Source: Tubiluchus corallicola (lineage: Eukaryota; Animalia; Priapulida). Taken from it: a stretch of DNA of 64,000 nucleotides. Made by a program: the position numbers and the translations under genes. Shown piece after piece: positions 40,260-53,475 of the stretch. How positions within the stretch are numbered: position 1 is the first letter of the stretch; each line of letters opens with the position of its first letter. Below the pieces are notes generated by a model. That model had not been told where the DNA came from. It was given only the letters and a program-made list of their open reading frames with translations, and searched no databases. The stretch is taken from NCBI GenBank assembly GCA_030141605.1, contig JAQGDQ010000447.1, forward strand, positions 129,231 through 193,230. Reading direction: 5' to 3'.

Positions 40260-40795
40260 GGTTTTACATGTCAAATGTAGACCTGCGTTAACTCAAATGT
40301 ACACTTAGCTAGTTCAAATGTGTTAACAATGGTTTTCACGAAATCTTGAGCACTTTTGGTAAGTAAAATGTAGACACATGTCAAGTCAAATGTGGATAGA
40401 TGTTAAAGTTTAAGGATGTTAAATTTAATCTTCTTTAATTTCAATTTAATAATTGCTCTTAAGTTAAAATATCAGCGTTATAGGCCTACTAATAGATGCA
40501 CTATCTTTGGTGTATCTTTTTCTAATTTGCACTTAAATAACTTAATTACGGATTTATTCAAAGTAATGCATCTACATTTGACTTACCTAAGTCACATTTG
40601 AGTTACCAAAATGCATTCGAAATTCCTATGTCTACATTTGACTTACTTAAGTCACATTTGAACTTTCCTGTGTCTACATTTGACTTACCTAAGTCACATT
40701 TGAGTTACCAAAACACATTCGAAATTCCTATGTCTACATTTGACTTACCTAAGCACATTTGAACTTTCCTGTGTCTACATTTGACGTGTAAAACC
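40260..40795 (-). mobile_element. MITE family A
   Basis: TIRs with TATA flanks, 6 bp from the end of the family B copy. Confidence 0.9.
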
Positions 40796-41353
40796 TATAC
40801 AAGAGAAATCGAAATGTAACATACTTATATAGCACACGTGGATTAATAAATTCTTGCAGAATTATTTTTTTGCATTATTATTAGTTTCATTGTTCTTCAC
40901 ATTGTTTTTCACATTGTTGTAGGTTTTATTGCTTATAATTCGGACTAGATTTTCGCCCAGTAAAAATTTGTTGAGAGGTCGGATTTAACAGGCGCGTAAC
41001 TTTAACAGGGTTAAAACGATGTGATTTCTGTCCTATTTTGTCGGGAAAGTTCACCAGGAGAGCTCATATATCCCCAGGAATTCAAGCATTGAACAATATT
41101 AAACTTTCATCTCTGACAACTTTGTACCGTTTAAATGTAGCATTTGTTACATTTGCTTTGCGAAGACATCCAAGTGGCACAATTGATCACAATTTTCTTT
41201 CAGCCAGGACAGTTTTAATCACAAAATGTAGTTTTGCTATGGTTGCATGCTGTGGATTGTACGTAAACTTGTGGTTTCAATTGTTTACAAAATAAACAGC
41301 ATAAAGAAACAAAATACAAATCTTGCGTTTATTGTTACGTGTCGTAACCCTGT

Positions 41354-41815
<462 letters not shown>

Positions 41816-43625
41816 GTTTGAGTCACGTTTCTCAGCGTGAAGCGTGACTTCACATAGACTCACGAGTATTTCGTTCCGAGCAAACTATCATTTTTTTAAT
41901 AGTTTATCAAAAAGTTTTGTGACAAAACTTATAGTGTGACAATCGTAAAGTGGTGAACAATCCATTGGTGATATTTTCAACTGCAAAGAACCTGTAGACA
42001 GACAGAAATCTTGAGGTAAAGAAATAACTATTTGTTTAAAAATATTATTGCAACTATAGCCACTTGTACCTGCACTGGTTGGACTAGGTAATTAAGCCAG
42101 TCAACAACTTTGAATAGGCCAACAATCAGGCCTATTTGAGGCTCAGAAGCATGGCGGATTCAGACCAGCTTGCATCTCAAACACAACACAAAGCCAAAGA
42201 ACGCCGGAGCTGCGAAATATGTCGGTCTACCCAGAGACCAGTGCAACCTAAAAAGATTAGTGCAATTGTATGTGCTAAATGTGCTGCTAGCCATAGTTGT
42301 GATGAAAACCTTAGTCAGCAACGAATGAATCCGAAGAAAACAGCCTGCGATATTTGCAGAAAAACTGCATCGCCTATTTGGCCTACAAAACTTACTGCTG
42401 TCATCTGTAACCGCTGCTACACAAAACAGTCCGAAGCCTCTCAACGCTATAATAGCCAGCAAACAAATGAGCGTGGCGCCGCCCTCGATGGCAGCTGTAA
42501 ACGACGCTGACGGTGATTCTGACGTAGATAGTTATGATGGTGTTGATAACGATAATAATGACAGCATACAGGATGACAATAACAGCAGTACTAGCGAGGC
42601 AGATGACGCTGAATATAGCTCGGTCACAGAAATGAAAGCATTAGCTGTAAATTTAATCAAGAAGTCAAAAGATGTTGAAAAACTAAGGATATTCATAAAT
42701 GTTATGAGAGGACATGACAATTCGCAACAAACATTAGAAAAACTGGAAACAGTTAACAACTTGGTTGTAAACCTAGACAAAAGGATGTCACAAATAATAT
42801 CAGGCCAAACTGGCAAACCTTTATATGGCAATGCAGTCAGAAAAAACCTGCCAACGTCATTCTCTGAAACAGCCAAGACAAGTAACACTTCAAGTATCTC
42901 CTCGTCCATATATGACCCTGATAAAACTGTCATCGTAGAAAATGCGAGCGAAAAACATCTCGTCAGTTCCAACATTAACATTAAGAAGAATTTGTGTGCA
43001 GATTTTCCGAGAACGAAATTTGATATTGCCTTCAGAACATCCAGAGGGAAAATTCAATTACAAGTCCCAGATAAAACAACAGCAAACGATATGATAAAGA
43101 ACTGGAAGCCAGAATTTTTGGGAGGTGGTACTCGCGTAAGAAAGCCAGTATCTCCGCGTATAGGGATCTTGCGTGACTGTGATACGGCCTTGAGCAACGC
43201 AGAAATACGCGCTGATATTGAAAGATACTATGACATCATCCAGATTGACCCTTCAAAAGAAAAGATGGGAAAAACTTGCCATTAGTGAAAGTTACGTTCC
43301 AGACAGGAGACGATCTCACAAAAGCAGTCCAGGAAAGCATACCAATCGGTCAAATGATGTGCTCGGTAGAAGAGTTTGCTCCTAAGAGAAGACCACTCAG
43401 ATGTTTTAAGTGTCAGGGGTACAAACACATAGCGAAATGGTGTACTAGAGGCTCCAAATGTGGAAAATGCTCAGGAAAGCATGAATCAAACGAGTGTACT
43501 TCAGAACAGTTAAAGTGTGCAAACTGTGACGAATCGCACGCGGCATGGGACAGAAGTTGGGCACTTTACGTAAATGAAGCCAAACGACTAAGTGATTATC
43601 CATAAAATGGCAAATTTGCAAGACG
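41816..43625 (+). mobile_element. 5' part of a non-LTR retrotransposon: 5' UTR plus frameshifted gag-like ORF1 (42151-43605); ORF2 essentially absent
   Basis: The C-terminal segment RCFKCQGYKHIAKWC-CGKCSGKHESNEC-KCANCDESHAAWDRSW is the triple zinc knuckle typical of I/Jockey-group ORF1. A coiled-coil-like segment lies upstream. There are two frameshifts, and an ATG follows the stop at 43607. Confidence 0.88.
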
Positions 43626-43915
43626 TTAAAGTAAAAGTTACTACACGACTACAGAAAATTTGTATTTTGCAGAATAAACTAACATAGATATGGGAACGCA
43701 ACTTTGGTTTGAGCGTATACATTACACTATGTATTGAAAGCATCGATTAACAATTCATAATTGAGGTGACGTCTATTTCCACTAGACTGAAATTCATTGT
43801 AATTCACAGTATGTCTAATCTTTTACTGAAACTCGTCCATTATTCATTGCTTCAATCTTTCAGCACTAGATAGAGCCGCATTTGCGCGCCGAAACAACTG
43901 GGTTTTCAGATAAAT

Positions 43916-44274
43916 GAGCCTTTTCACAGTTCCAGCGATTGAAGATAAACTTGAAAAGGTCAAAGGTTAAGTGTATGAGACAACGCACTTGTGTACACTT
44001 GACAACGCCTCGCAGCCCAAGCAGTTGTAATAGTAACAGTTTTAACTAGAGCGTTACCTAGTTCATTTTTTCTTGTTCCTAAGCAAGATCCTATTAGTGA
44101 ATCACTCTATACAAGTCCACGTAAGACAACTGATCCTAATAAACTGATGCGGCAGAAGGCTTTGTTTTACACACATGTCACGTGACGGTTGTAGTTAAGA
44201 GGCGTTGCTGTTGTACACTTAACCTTTGACCTACAGCAACTGCGCGTGCTCATAGCGAAATTGTGAAAAGGCTT
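43916..44274 (-). mobile_element. MITE family B
   Basis: TIRs present, slightly mutated. Confidence 0.85.
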
Positions 44275-44447
44275 GTTGAGGTGTTGTCTATTTTCACTGG
44301 ACTAAAACTTAAAGTGCTGATGGATTTCACTGAAATACACAGTATACCTAATCTTTGAATGAAACTCGCCCATTATTCATTGCTTCAAACTTTCAACACG
44401 AGACAGTGCTGGATATCCGTAGGAAAACCACTAGATTTCAGCTAAAT

Positions 44448-44694
44448 AAACCTTTTCACAGTTTTGTAATGCGCACGCGCAGTTGCTGTAGATCAAAGGT
44501 TAAGTGTACCACCGCAATATGTCTCAACTGCAACCGTCATGTGAGATGTGCATAAAGCAAAGCCGTCTGCTGCGTGCTATTACAATAGCATTGGCTGCGA
44601 GGCGTTGTCAAGTGTACACAAATGTGTTGTTTGGTACACTTAACCTTTGACCTTTGCACGATCATCATCAATCGCTGGAACTGTGAAAAGGCTT
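44448..44694 (+). mobile_element. MITE family B, internally deleted
   Basis: TIRs with AAT/ATT flanks. Confidence 0.85.
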
Positions 44695-45468
44695 ATTGAA
44701 GTCACACTTCCAGAAAAAAATGTTCGTTTTTATACCAGCATCTTTGGCGTCATCATCTGCACCGGTCTCATCATTTGTTATTAGATTTTGGATATATATT
44801 TAGAATAAGTAAATCGTAATGCAAAATTGTCAGCTTGTTTAGTAAGAAATTTATTTAATGTACATAGTGCAAAGACTTATTTAACATTTTTGTAGTTTTG
44901 TGCCCTGCAAATAGAGGGCTTATTGTGTAATTTTCAATCAAGACTTTTAATAATTAATAATAATTTGTCCAAGGTGTAAGCGTGATCACATTTACATGGC
45001 TTGGGTCCAGCCTTGGTATGATTTAATTACTTGTTTATCACGGTTATAAGGAAACACCTATTACAACTTGTTTGGCTTCAGACATAAATTACATTCCTGC
45101 CGGCTGCTAGTTTGGTTATTAACACAAATGGAAACATTTCGTGATTCTTTCCCCTGACAGCAAACTCAATCAGATATTCGCAGGTGGCGAAGTGAGTGAT
45201 TAGCTAATTCAGAGTTTCTACCAACTGACGCGCGTTAATTACTCATATAAATTACTAAAAGTGCTCAGCTTAACTGATTTGTGCAAATGGCAGTTGTGCG
45301 TGAAGACTACGTACAATTCAGTACTTTGCTTGCGACCAGTTTAAAAGTTTTCTAACTTCGTACAGGTGGGGATTATAATGTGGCAACTCAACTGATGCTC
45401 ATGTAATTCTGAAAACAGTTTTGCGTGAGTTGACAACCTAAGTGTGAACAAAAGACAGTAGTTTGAAT

Positions 45469-45553
45469 AAGCCTTTTCACTGTTTCAGCGGTTGATGATG
45501 GTCATGGAAAGGTCAAATGTTAAGTGTAGCAGACAACAAATTTGTGTACAAAT
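45469..45553 (-). mobile_element. MITE family B, terminal fragment
   Basis: One TIR plus about 70 bp. Confidence 0.7.
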
Positions 45554-46119
45554 GTTCAGGAGAAAATATGCTAAGCTCATCTTTATCTAGCACTTTTGTT
45601 GATTGTGTGTACAGGTGTACTACAGGTGTACTACAGGTGTACAGTCGTTGATTGTAAATCTGTGATCAGTTTTGCGCTACAACGTAATTTGTCACTAAGA
45701 CAAAGTTCTAAGAAATACTCACTTTCAGGTTTTAAGCTGCAAAAGTCTGAAAAAGAATGTGCAATAATATTACAAATAAAGAACAGTGAAAAATGGCTGT
45801 TTTCACAATTCTGATCTGTGGGCAATCTTGAGCCAAAACATCTTCTGTCCACCTGATACAGACCTTCACATTCGACGACATTTGACGTTGATGTTAGTGG
45901 CCAACAGCAAACGCCCTGCCCAAGCTACCTATGATGTGATTTTCGGGACATCAGGCGATATATAAGCAAAGAAGGAACAACTAGTTTAAATTCCAGGAAG
46001 ATCTTAGTAACTCAATGGCAAAAACACTGGAGTTTCGTTACTCGCTCATCATCTTTTGGGCTTCCGTTATGCAACACAGCACCACTTATAATTTGATGTC
46101 ATGTTCCACATTCCACATG

Positions 46120-47700
46120 TAGTCTTTCTTCAGAACATCTAAATATGTGATCAGCTGTCCTCCTCCTGGTTTCCTCCCAGGTATTAGTGCTTGATGTAAT
46201 GCTGTAGTAAGTGGAGAATCTTGTGGTAATCTGATGACGTGTCCAATCCAGCTGTCCTCCTCTTGGTTTCCTCTCAGGTATTAGTGCTTGATGTAATGCT
46301 ATAGTAAGTGGAGAATCTTGTGGTAATCTGATGACATCTCCAATCCGGATGTCCTCCTCTTGGTTTCCTCCCAGGTATTAGTGCTTGATGTAATGCTGTA
46401 GTAAGTGGAGAATCCTGTGGTAGTCTGATGACATGTCCAATTCGGATGTCCTCCTCTTGGTTTCCTCCCAGGTATTAGTGCTTGATGTAGTGATGTAGTA
46501 AGTGGAGAATCCTGTGGTAATCTGATGACATCTCCAATCCGGATGTCCTCCTCTTGGTTTCCTCCCAGGTATTAGTGCTTGATGTAATGCTGTAGCAAGT
46601 GCAGAATCATGTGGTAGTCTGATGACATGTCCAATCCGGATGTCCTCCTCTTGGTTTCCTCCCAAGTATTAGTGCTTGATGTAATGCTGTAGTAAGTGGA
46701 GAATCTTGTGGTAATCTGATGACACGTCCAATCCGGATGTCCTTATCTTGGTTTCTTTCCAGGTAATTAGTGCTTGATGTAATGCTGTAGTAAGTGGAGA
46801 ATCATGTGGTAATTTGATGACATGTCCAATCCGGATGTCCTCATCTTGGTTTCCTCCCAGATATGATGTTGTAGTAAGTGGAGAATCTTGTGGTAATCTA
46901 ATGACAAGTCCAATCCGGATGTCCTCCTCTTGGTTTCTTCCCAGGTATTAGTGCTTGATGTAATGCTGTAGTAAGTGGAGAATCCTGTGGTAATCTGATG
47001 ACATGTCCAATCCAGATGTCCTCCTCTTGGTTTCCTCCCAGGTATTAGTGTTTGATGTGATGCTGTAGTAAGTGGAGAATCCTGTGGTAATCTGATGACA
47101 TGTCCAATCCAGATGTCCTCCTCTTGGTTTCCTCCCAGGTATTAGTGCTTGATCTAATGCTGTAGTAAGTGGAGAATCATGTGGTAATCTGATGACGTGT
47201 CCAATCCGGATGTCCTCATCTTGGTTTCCTCCCAGGTGTTAGTGCTTGATCTAATGCTGTAGTAAGTGGAGAATCATGTGGTAATCTGATGACGTGTCCA
47301 CTCCAGCTGTCCTCCTCTTGGTTTCCTCCCAGATATTAGTGCTTGATGTGATGCTGTAGTAAGTGGAGAATCCTGTGGTAATCTGATGACATGTCCACTC
47401 CAGCTGTCCTCCTCTTGGTTTCCTCCCAGGTATTAGTGCTTGATGTGATGCTGTAGTAAGTGCAGAATCTTGTGGTAATCTGATGACATGTCCAATCCAT
47501 CTAAGCCAACACACTCCTGTAACTTCTCTATAGCCTCACTCCCTTCTTTCTTGTTCATTAAATGATATGGATCTTGATTTGATATTTTCTTTGGCCATTT
47601 TAATCCCAACATCTTTCTGTACAGACGTCTTTCTGAAGGCATTGATTTCATTTTTCTGAGCAACTTTGACTTTATATAAGAATACAACTTCTACAATATC
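46120..47700 (-). mobile_element. RTE-clade LINE fragment containing a 97-bp tandem array (about 14 units, 46150-47500)
   Basis: The flanks align with 32555-32915. The unit encodes WIGHVIRLP.DS.LTTALHQALIPGRKPRGG. Confidence 0.9.
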
Positions 47701-48178
47701 AATACGCTGGAATATCAATAATATCAGCGTTCCACTGTTCCAATTTTAGGTTATTTCCTCTTTTCATAAGCAAGTTTTTTGGCCATACGCTTGTCACGAA
47801 ACTTATTAGTAACTTGATACGAATTTCATTCATTAAATATACATATCTGAAGTAATTTTATTTGGATTTATGGCCAGTATCAAGCGTTCTAAGTCTAACA
47901 ACTTCGGTATGAGCAAGTGTCATAACTGTTCTATCCAATGCATTTCATTTTCCACTCTCACAAACTTCTCATAAAAATTTTCTTCGAAAATCGAGTTGTC
48001 TGGAGAAGTCAGTCACGCAGCAACATTGAAAGTAGTTTTAAATTTGCATGTAAAATTCTGATCCGTTTCACATCAGTGCTTTAGTTGCACTGACGCTTGT
48101 TCAATCTTTAAATGACATTGACAAAATACCCTGCGTCGCATCAATTTTCAAATTGCAATGATGTGAGCGGTGCGATGA

Positions 48179-48192
48179 CTGCCATCTAGTGG
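48179..48192 (-). promoter_or_regulatory. CTCF-like core motif
   Basis: Minus strand CCACTAGATGGCAG matches the consensus CCASYAGRKGGCRS. Sequence match only. Confidence 0.4.
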
Positions 48193-49640
48193 TAACTAAA
48201 GTAGTTATTGGTTGTGAACCTAACTCTGCCCCACTTTTGCCATCGCAGAAGATCATGTTATGTTCGTTGCTGATTGGTTACTACTATACACTGGCAATAG
48301 TATTATAATTGCTATTGTTAATTCACCACATTGACTTGTCAGCTCTTGCTTTTTGTGAAATGAAACGAATTATTACGTAATTAGTCTCTATAATTCATAT
48401 AGCTCTTAATTGACTAGCCCTGTATATATGATTAATCTTGTAATTTATTTTATTTTATTTACTACTGTACTGTATTTAGTATTGTACTTCTATTTTACAT
48501 GATCTTAGTAACTGAAATAAAAATTAGAATTGAATTGAATTGAGTTCCTCGCATGGTTTTTAGTTCGTCATAAACTAACACATTTGAACTGAGAGGTACA
48601 GTACCTGTTTTTTGTGCAACGCTTTCCGAAATGCAGGCGCTAGTGTACGTCTAACTAGCAAATGGTTAAATACATGTAAGAACTAGTGGCGCGAACACAC
48701 CTTGTTGTGTGGTAATAACTATTTCACGTAAGTCATTTTTGAAAAAAATAATATGTCTCCTTTCAATATTTCAAAGAATAGGTTGTTTTAACCTACAGTT
48801 TAAGAATTTTAACACTTCACTCTGGCATTTGCAAAGGTTAATACGTTCTCCTGTTCAGGAACTTTTAAAAAATTAAAACAATTCTCAAATCTCAAATTGC
48901 TATTCATTAAGGATGTAAAGTCTACACAAGGGTGTCCATGTTTGCTTTCAATATTTTAAAGTTTAAATATTAATAATATATACCTTATTGCAGTACCTTA
49001 TTGCAGTAACACGTGCAACACGCTCTGGAGTATTTTTGCTGTTGAAAATTATGTTCCGTTCGTTTGCAGTGTCATCAATAGTTGGGCTAGACCGCTGTTA
49101 TTTATGATTTTAATCTATTATTTAATTACCAGAAACGTTTTTCTAAATGCGTTAGAATGCAAACTTTTTATCGGACTTGAAAATTGGCGATAACCGTTCG
49201 ACGCAGCCATTTTGACCTGCAGTTTAATATTGGGTCAGTTTTTGCTTTACGCGTCACGCCTCTATTTATTTTCTTATAAGTTTCGTTACAGTTACATGAT
49301 CGATCAAAATTTCTTTATCAGTATTATAGATTATAAGCGCAAACCTCACAAGTGCCAGAAGAGGGCGTGCTTCAAACACAGCTGCAGCCAGTTTAATGGG
49401 AAAGTTTAGTCAGAGTGCCAAGAGATACACAAAAGAAGCCAGTTTTCAATATCGTTTCATGTTTTTGAAAATAATGCAGCCGACACGCTGACTTGCACGA
49501 CTAAGTACAGTAGAGCTGCAAAGAAATCAGACCTAAATGAACTCCGTGTTTATGTCAGATTAGATTTGTTAATGAAAAGTCCCACAATTTAAGAAAAAAA
49601 TGAAAAAAATCGAATTATTTTATAATTGTGGTATTTTAGT

Positions 49641-49895
49641 CTAGATTGGATTGGATTAGATTAGATTAGATTAGATTAGATTAGATTAGATTAGATTAGA
49701 TTAGATTAGATTAGATTAGATTAGGTTAGGTTAGGTTAGGTTAGGTTAGGTTAGGTTAGGTTAGGTTAGGTTAGGTTAGGTTAGGTTAGGTTAGGTTAGG
49801 TTAGGTTAGGTTAGGTTAGGTTAGGTTAGGTTAGGTCAGGTCAGGTCAGGTCAGGTCAGGTCAGGTCAGGTCAGGTCAGGTCAGGTCAGATTAGA
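49641..49895. repeat. Compound pentanucleotide array (TTAGA)13(TTAGG)23(TCAGG)10
   Basis: Counted directly. Confidence 0.97.
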
Positions 49896-50349
49896 TCACT
49901 TTTCATTCTTTTTCACAGCATGTGTGGTCTATGCACCTATTTTTCCCTTTACAAAGATTGAAAAGCACAATGCAAAGGGTTCGAGACGCAGTGGGGGAGA
50001 AATTTTTTCAAACTCTAACTTAGTATTGCTTTCATGCGTTTATTGCATTGGAAGGTCAGTAAAAAACAATAATAAAAATGAATTGTAAAACCGATCGCTT
50101 CGAGTCACTTTATTAATAATAAAAAGAACTGAAATGAACTGTTTTACAAAATATAATTAGTTAGTTCTGCTGTTCATCCTTTCCACAACCAGTAGAAAGG
50201 TTTGCCGTGCTGCCACACATTTGCTAATGTATCGAGTCAGCAAACGGAAGTGGTGCTGACAAGCCACTGGCGTAGCAGTGTCTAGTTTTTTTGCTGGATT
50301 ACTGCTGCGTTTACCTGTCTGAAGGCAGATTTCTTTTATTTTAGAATTC

Positions 50350-50412
50350 TGCCTGCCCAATGTCTACAATAGACGTGACGGGCGCATGATGATGATGATG
50401 ATGATGATGATG
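50350..50412 (+). mobile_element. Retroposon 3' end with (ATG)n tail
   Basis: CTGCCCAATGTCTACAATAGACGTGACGGGCG followed by (ATG)n. The reverse complement occurs at 23777-23825. Confidence 0.7.
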
Positions 50413-50782
50413 AGCCAGCAAACTATAGAGATCTTTGGCAATTCTATCCCGGCAGTTACTGATACCATAAAGGACTCAAATTGCTATTGTCGTGCTGAAT
50501 CCACATCCAAGTGCAGGTTTCACAAAGCCGTCACAAACGTACATTCACTAAACTATTAATGACGACATCGTTAACTTAGTAATGGCTTTGTGCAACTCAC
50601 TAAGTCGGAAAGTCGACACTAAATTAACGACGTGGTCAGGGCCGTCTTAACACCATTGTAGGTCCCCGGGCAAAGCAGTGCACTGGGACCCCTACCACAC
50701 AACCACTCACAGGAATAACAATGTAAATGGTCGATAAAATTAAACATATATTTATTGTATTGGTACTTCCAACAAAACCAGA

Positions 50783-51140
50783 GTAAAGAGGACCTGTTAA
50801 ACTATGTTAAAAGTATTAGATTACGATAGATAATTATGTTGATGAATGCTGGTATGAAGCCAGTTAAGGAGTGGTGTCACGTGAGTAAGTGATTCAGAAT
50901 CGAGGCGTCGAAGCTCGGCGCACGATAGATAAGCCTAGTGATGTGCCTAGCTCAGGGGATTGAGTCTGGGAGCTGAAGGAGAGCAGGCTAGATCGGGGCT
51001 TGGCATTACTATCTGCTAAATTTATTGTGTTTGATGTTCAATAAACGTGTAGTTTTATAATCTGACTCTTCATAGTTTTGCCATCTCTAAAACACCAATA
51101 ATCAGCTGTACACAACTAATACAACGAATTATTTTACTAT
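50783..51140 (+). mobile_element. Dispersed LTR-like repeat, copy 3
   Basis: Aligns with 705-1090 (-). Confidence 0.6.
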
Positions 51141-51361
51141 CAGTGTTCAAACGTTAAAAAAACAGCAAAGATTAATCAATGCAGACGTTTGAATAATATA
51201 AAATACAGCTTTGCAAAACACAAGGATTTCAACGTATAAATAATACTCTATTAGTTACTCTCAGGAGAGTGTAGTGACGTTAATGTATATGCTTTCACGT
51301 TACGTGACGCATGAGAATCGTACTGCAGAGGTGACCGTGGTGCTAAATGAGAGACGAGTGC

Positions 51362-51495
51362 CAATGTTTACTTGTAGCACAATAAATATTATATATACTA
51401 GTATGGTATGGTATTGTAAGGTATGGTATGATATGGTATGGTATGGTATGGCATGGTATGGTATGGTATGGTATGGTATGGTATGGTATGGTATG
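51362..51495 (+). mobile_element. Tiny 5'-truncated retroposed insert with (TGGTA)n tail and 25-bp direct flanking repeat
   Basis: GTGGTGCTAAATGAGAGACGAGTGC at 51337-51361 and 51496-51520. AATAAA precedes the pentamer tail. Confidence 0.7.
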
Positions 51496-51713
51496 GTGGT
51501 GCTAAATGAGAGACGAGTGCATAATCTGTACCAGGATTGTGTTAGTTTAAGTTCCTATTTAAAATTTGTTTATTTTAATTGCACGTTTGTTATGTATTGT
51601 GCGATTGTGGGGAGAATTTATCTATCGGTTATGTGAAACTAGGGTCGGATTTTGATTTTGTTGGCCCCTGGACTGCAGCACATAAAGCCCACGCCTTAAT
51701 CCGGCAGCGTGCG

Positions 51714-52172
51714 AAACTGTCCGATTCGAGCCAATAAACTATATTAAAATAAATAAATAATACCCTCCGAAAAAAGACTGATATTCAAAGAGCAAAGCGA
51801 TCTTTGACCGCATTTCATTGGCAGTAAAAGCGATGGTCATTAGAGGAATAGCTAACAAAGAACATCATTCAAACTGTCCGATTCAAGCCAATAAACTATA
51901 TTAAAATAAATAAATAATACCCTTCGAAGGAAGATTCATATACTAAGAGCAAAGCGATCTTTGACCGCATTTCATTGGCAGTAAAACCGATGGTCATTAG
52001 AGGAATAGTTCACAAAAAACATCACTCAAACTGTCCGATTCATGCAAATAAACTATATTAAAATAAATAAATAATACCCTTCGAAAAAAGATTCATATAC
52101 AAAGAGCAAAGCGATCTTTGACCGCAGTAAAACCGATGGTCATTAGGGGAATAGCTCACAAAGAACATCATT
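51714..52172. repeat. About 157-bp tandem repeat, 3 copies
   Basis: Units start near 51714, 51871 and 52028. Confidence 0.92.
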
Positions 52173-52435
52173 GATAACTTTTCTTTATTAACTCTTTCAT
52201 TGACCTTCAAAGGCAAAGGGACATCTCGTCGTCAAAGATGTAATGAATCAACTGCTCTGTTTCTATTACACAATTCGACTGATTCAATTTAACGAAAGAC
52301 AAAGCGACTGGATTTATTCACATTCGAGACACACAGGAGACTTCGTCCATTGCAGTATCTAACGCACTGTGAATTTTTGAACTTATGTTTGCATAAGATC
52401 ATATATGTATTATAGGCATATATTCAAGTGACAGG

Positions 52436-53206
52436 CGTTGACTCAAATGTAGACTTAGGTAATTCAAATGTGTCTTGGTAACTCAAATGTAGACTTAGGT
52501 AGTTCAAATGTGTTAACAATGGTTTTCAAGAAATCTTTAGCATTTTTGGTTAGTCAAATGTAGACACATGTCAAGTCAAATGTGACATTGGTATCTCAAA
52601 TGTGGATAGGTGTTAAAGTTTAAGGATGTTAAATTTAATCTTCTTTGATCTTAACTTAATAATTGCTCTTAAGAATGTGAAAATAATAACTTTATAGGTC
52701 TACTAATAGTTCACTAATATTCTGTAAACTTTACATACCACTGGAACTGTTAGAGAAAACAATACATTCTTAAAATAAACAATGTTTCTTGAGAGAAACT
52801 AATTCATTAATGCAGTGCTAATGCATTACTTAAAAAACTAATTAGTGATTCACTGTTCATTGGAAAGTGGGAACCAATTTATTCTTTTCTACCAACGCTA
52901 TGATTTATCAAAGAATTTAGTTTGAGGATAAACAACGCATTTTTCAAAGTTATGAAAGAGGTGATGACTATCTTTGTAATTTGCACTTAAATAAGTTAAT
53001 TACCAATTTATTCAAAGTAATGCATCTATATTTGACTTACCTAAGTCACATTTGAGTTACCAAAACTCATTCGAAATTCCTTTGTCTATATTTGACTTAC
53101 CTAAGTCACATTTGAGTTACCAAAACTCATTCGAAATTCCTATGTCTACATTTGGCTTACCAAGGTCACATTTAGACTTTCCTGTGTCTACATTTGACGT
53201 GTAAAA
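52436..53206 (-). mobile_element. MITE family A with eroded ends
   Basis: Aligns with 33660-34531. Confidence 0.88.
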
Positions 53207-53475
53207 TATGTACATTATATGAAAATGAAAGTATACACATTTTCCGAGGAAAATAAGATTTTTTTCTAAGATATGACGCCCCCCCCCAAACTTTGGTGCC
53301 CTGAGGTATAACCTAGTTAGCCTATTGGTTAATACGCCCCCGATCCCAACATCTAGGGATCGATACTCGTTACACACAACCAATGCTCTGATTTTTTCGC
53401 AAACTAAAACCGTTTAATTTTATAAAAGTAATACAGACAGGTCTCAGCTAAATAATCCTAGCTAGACAGTTGCCT

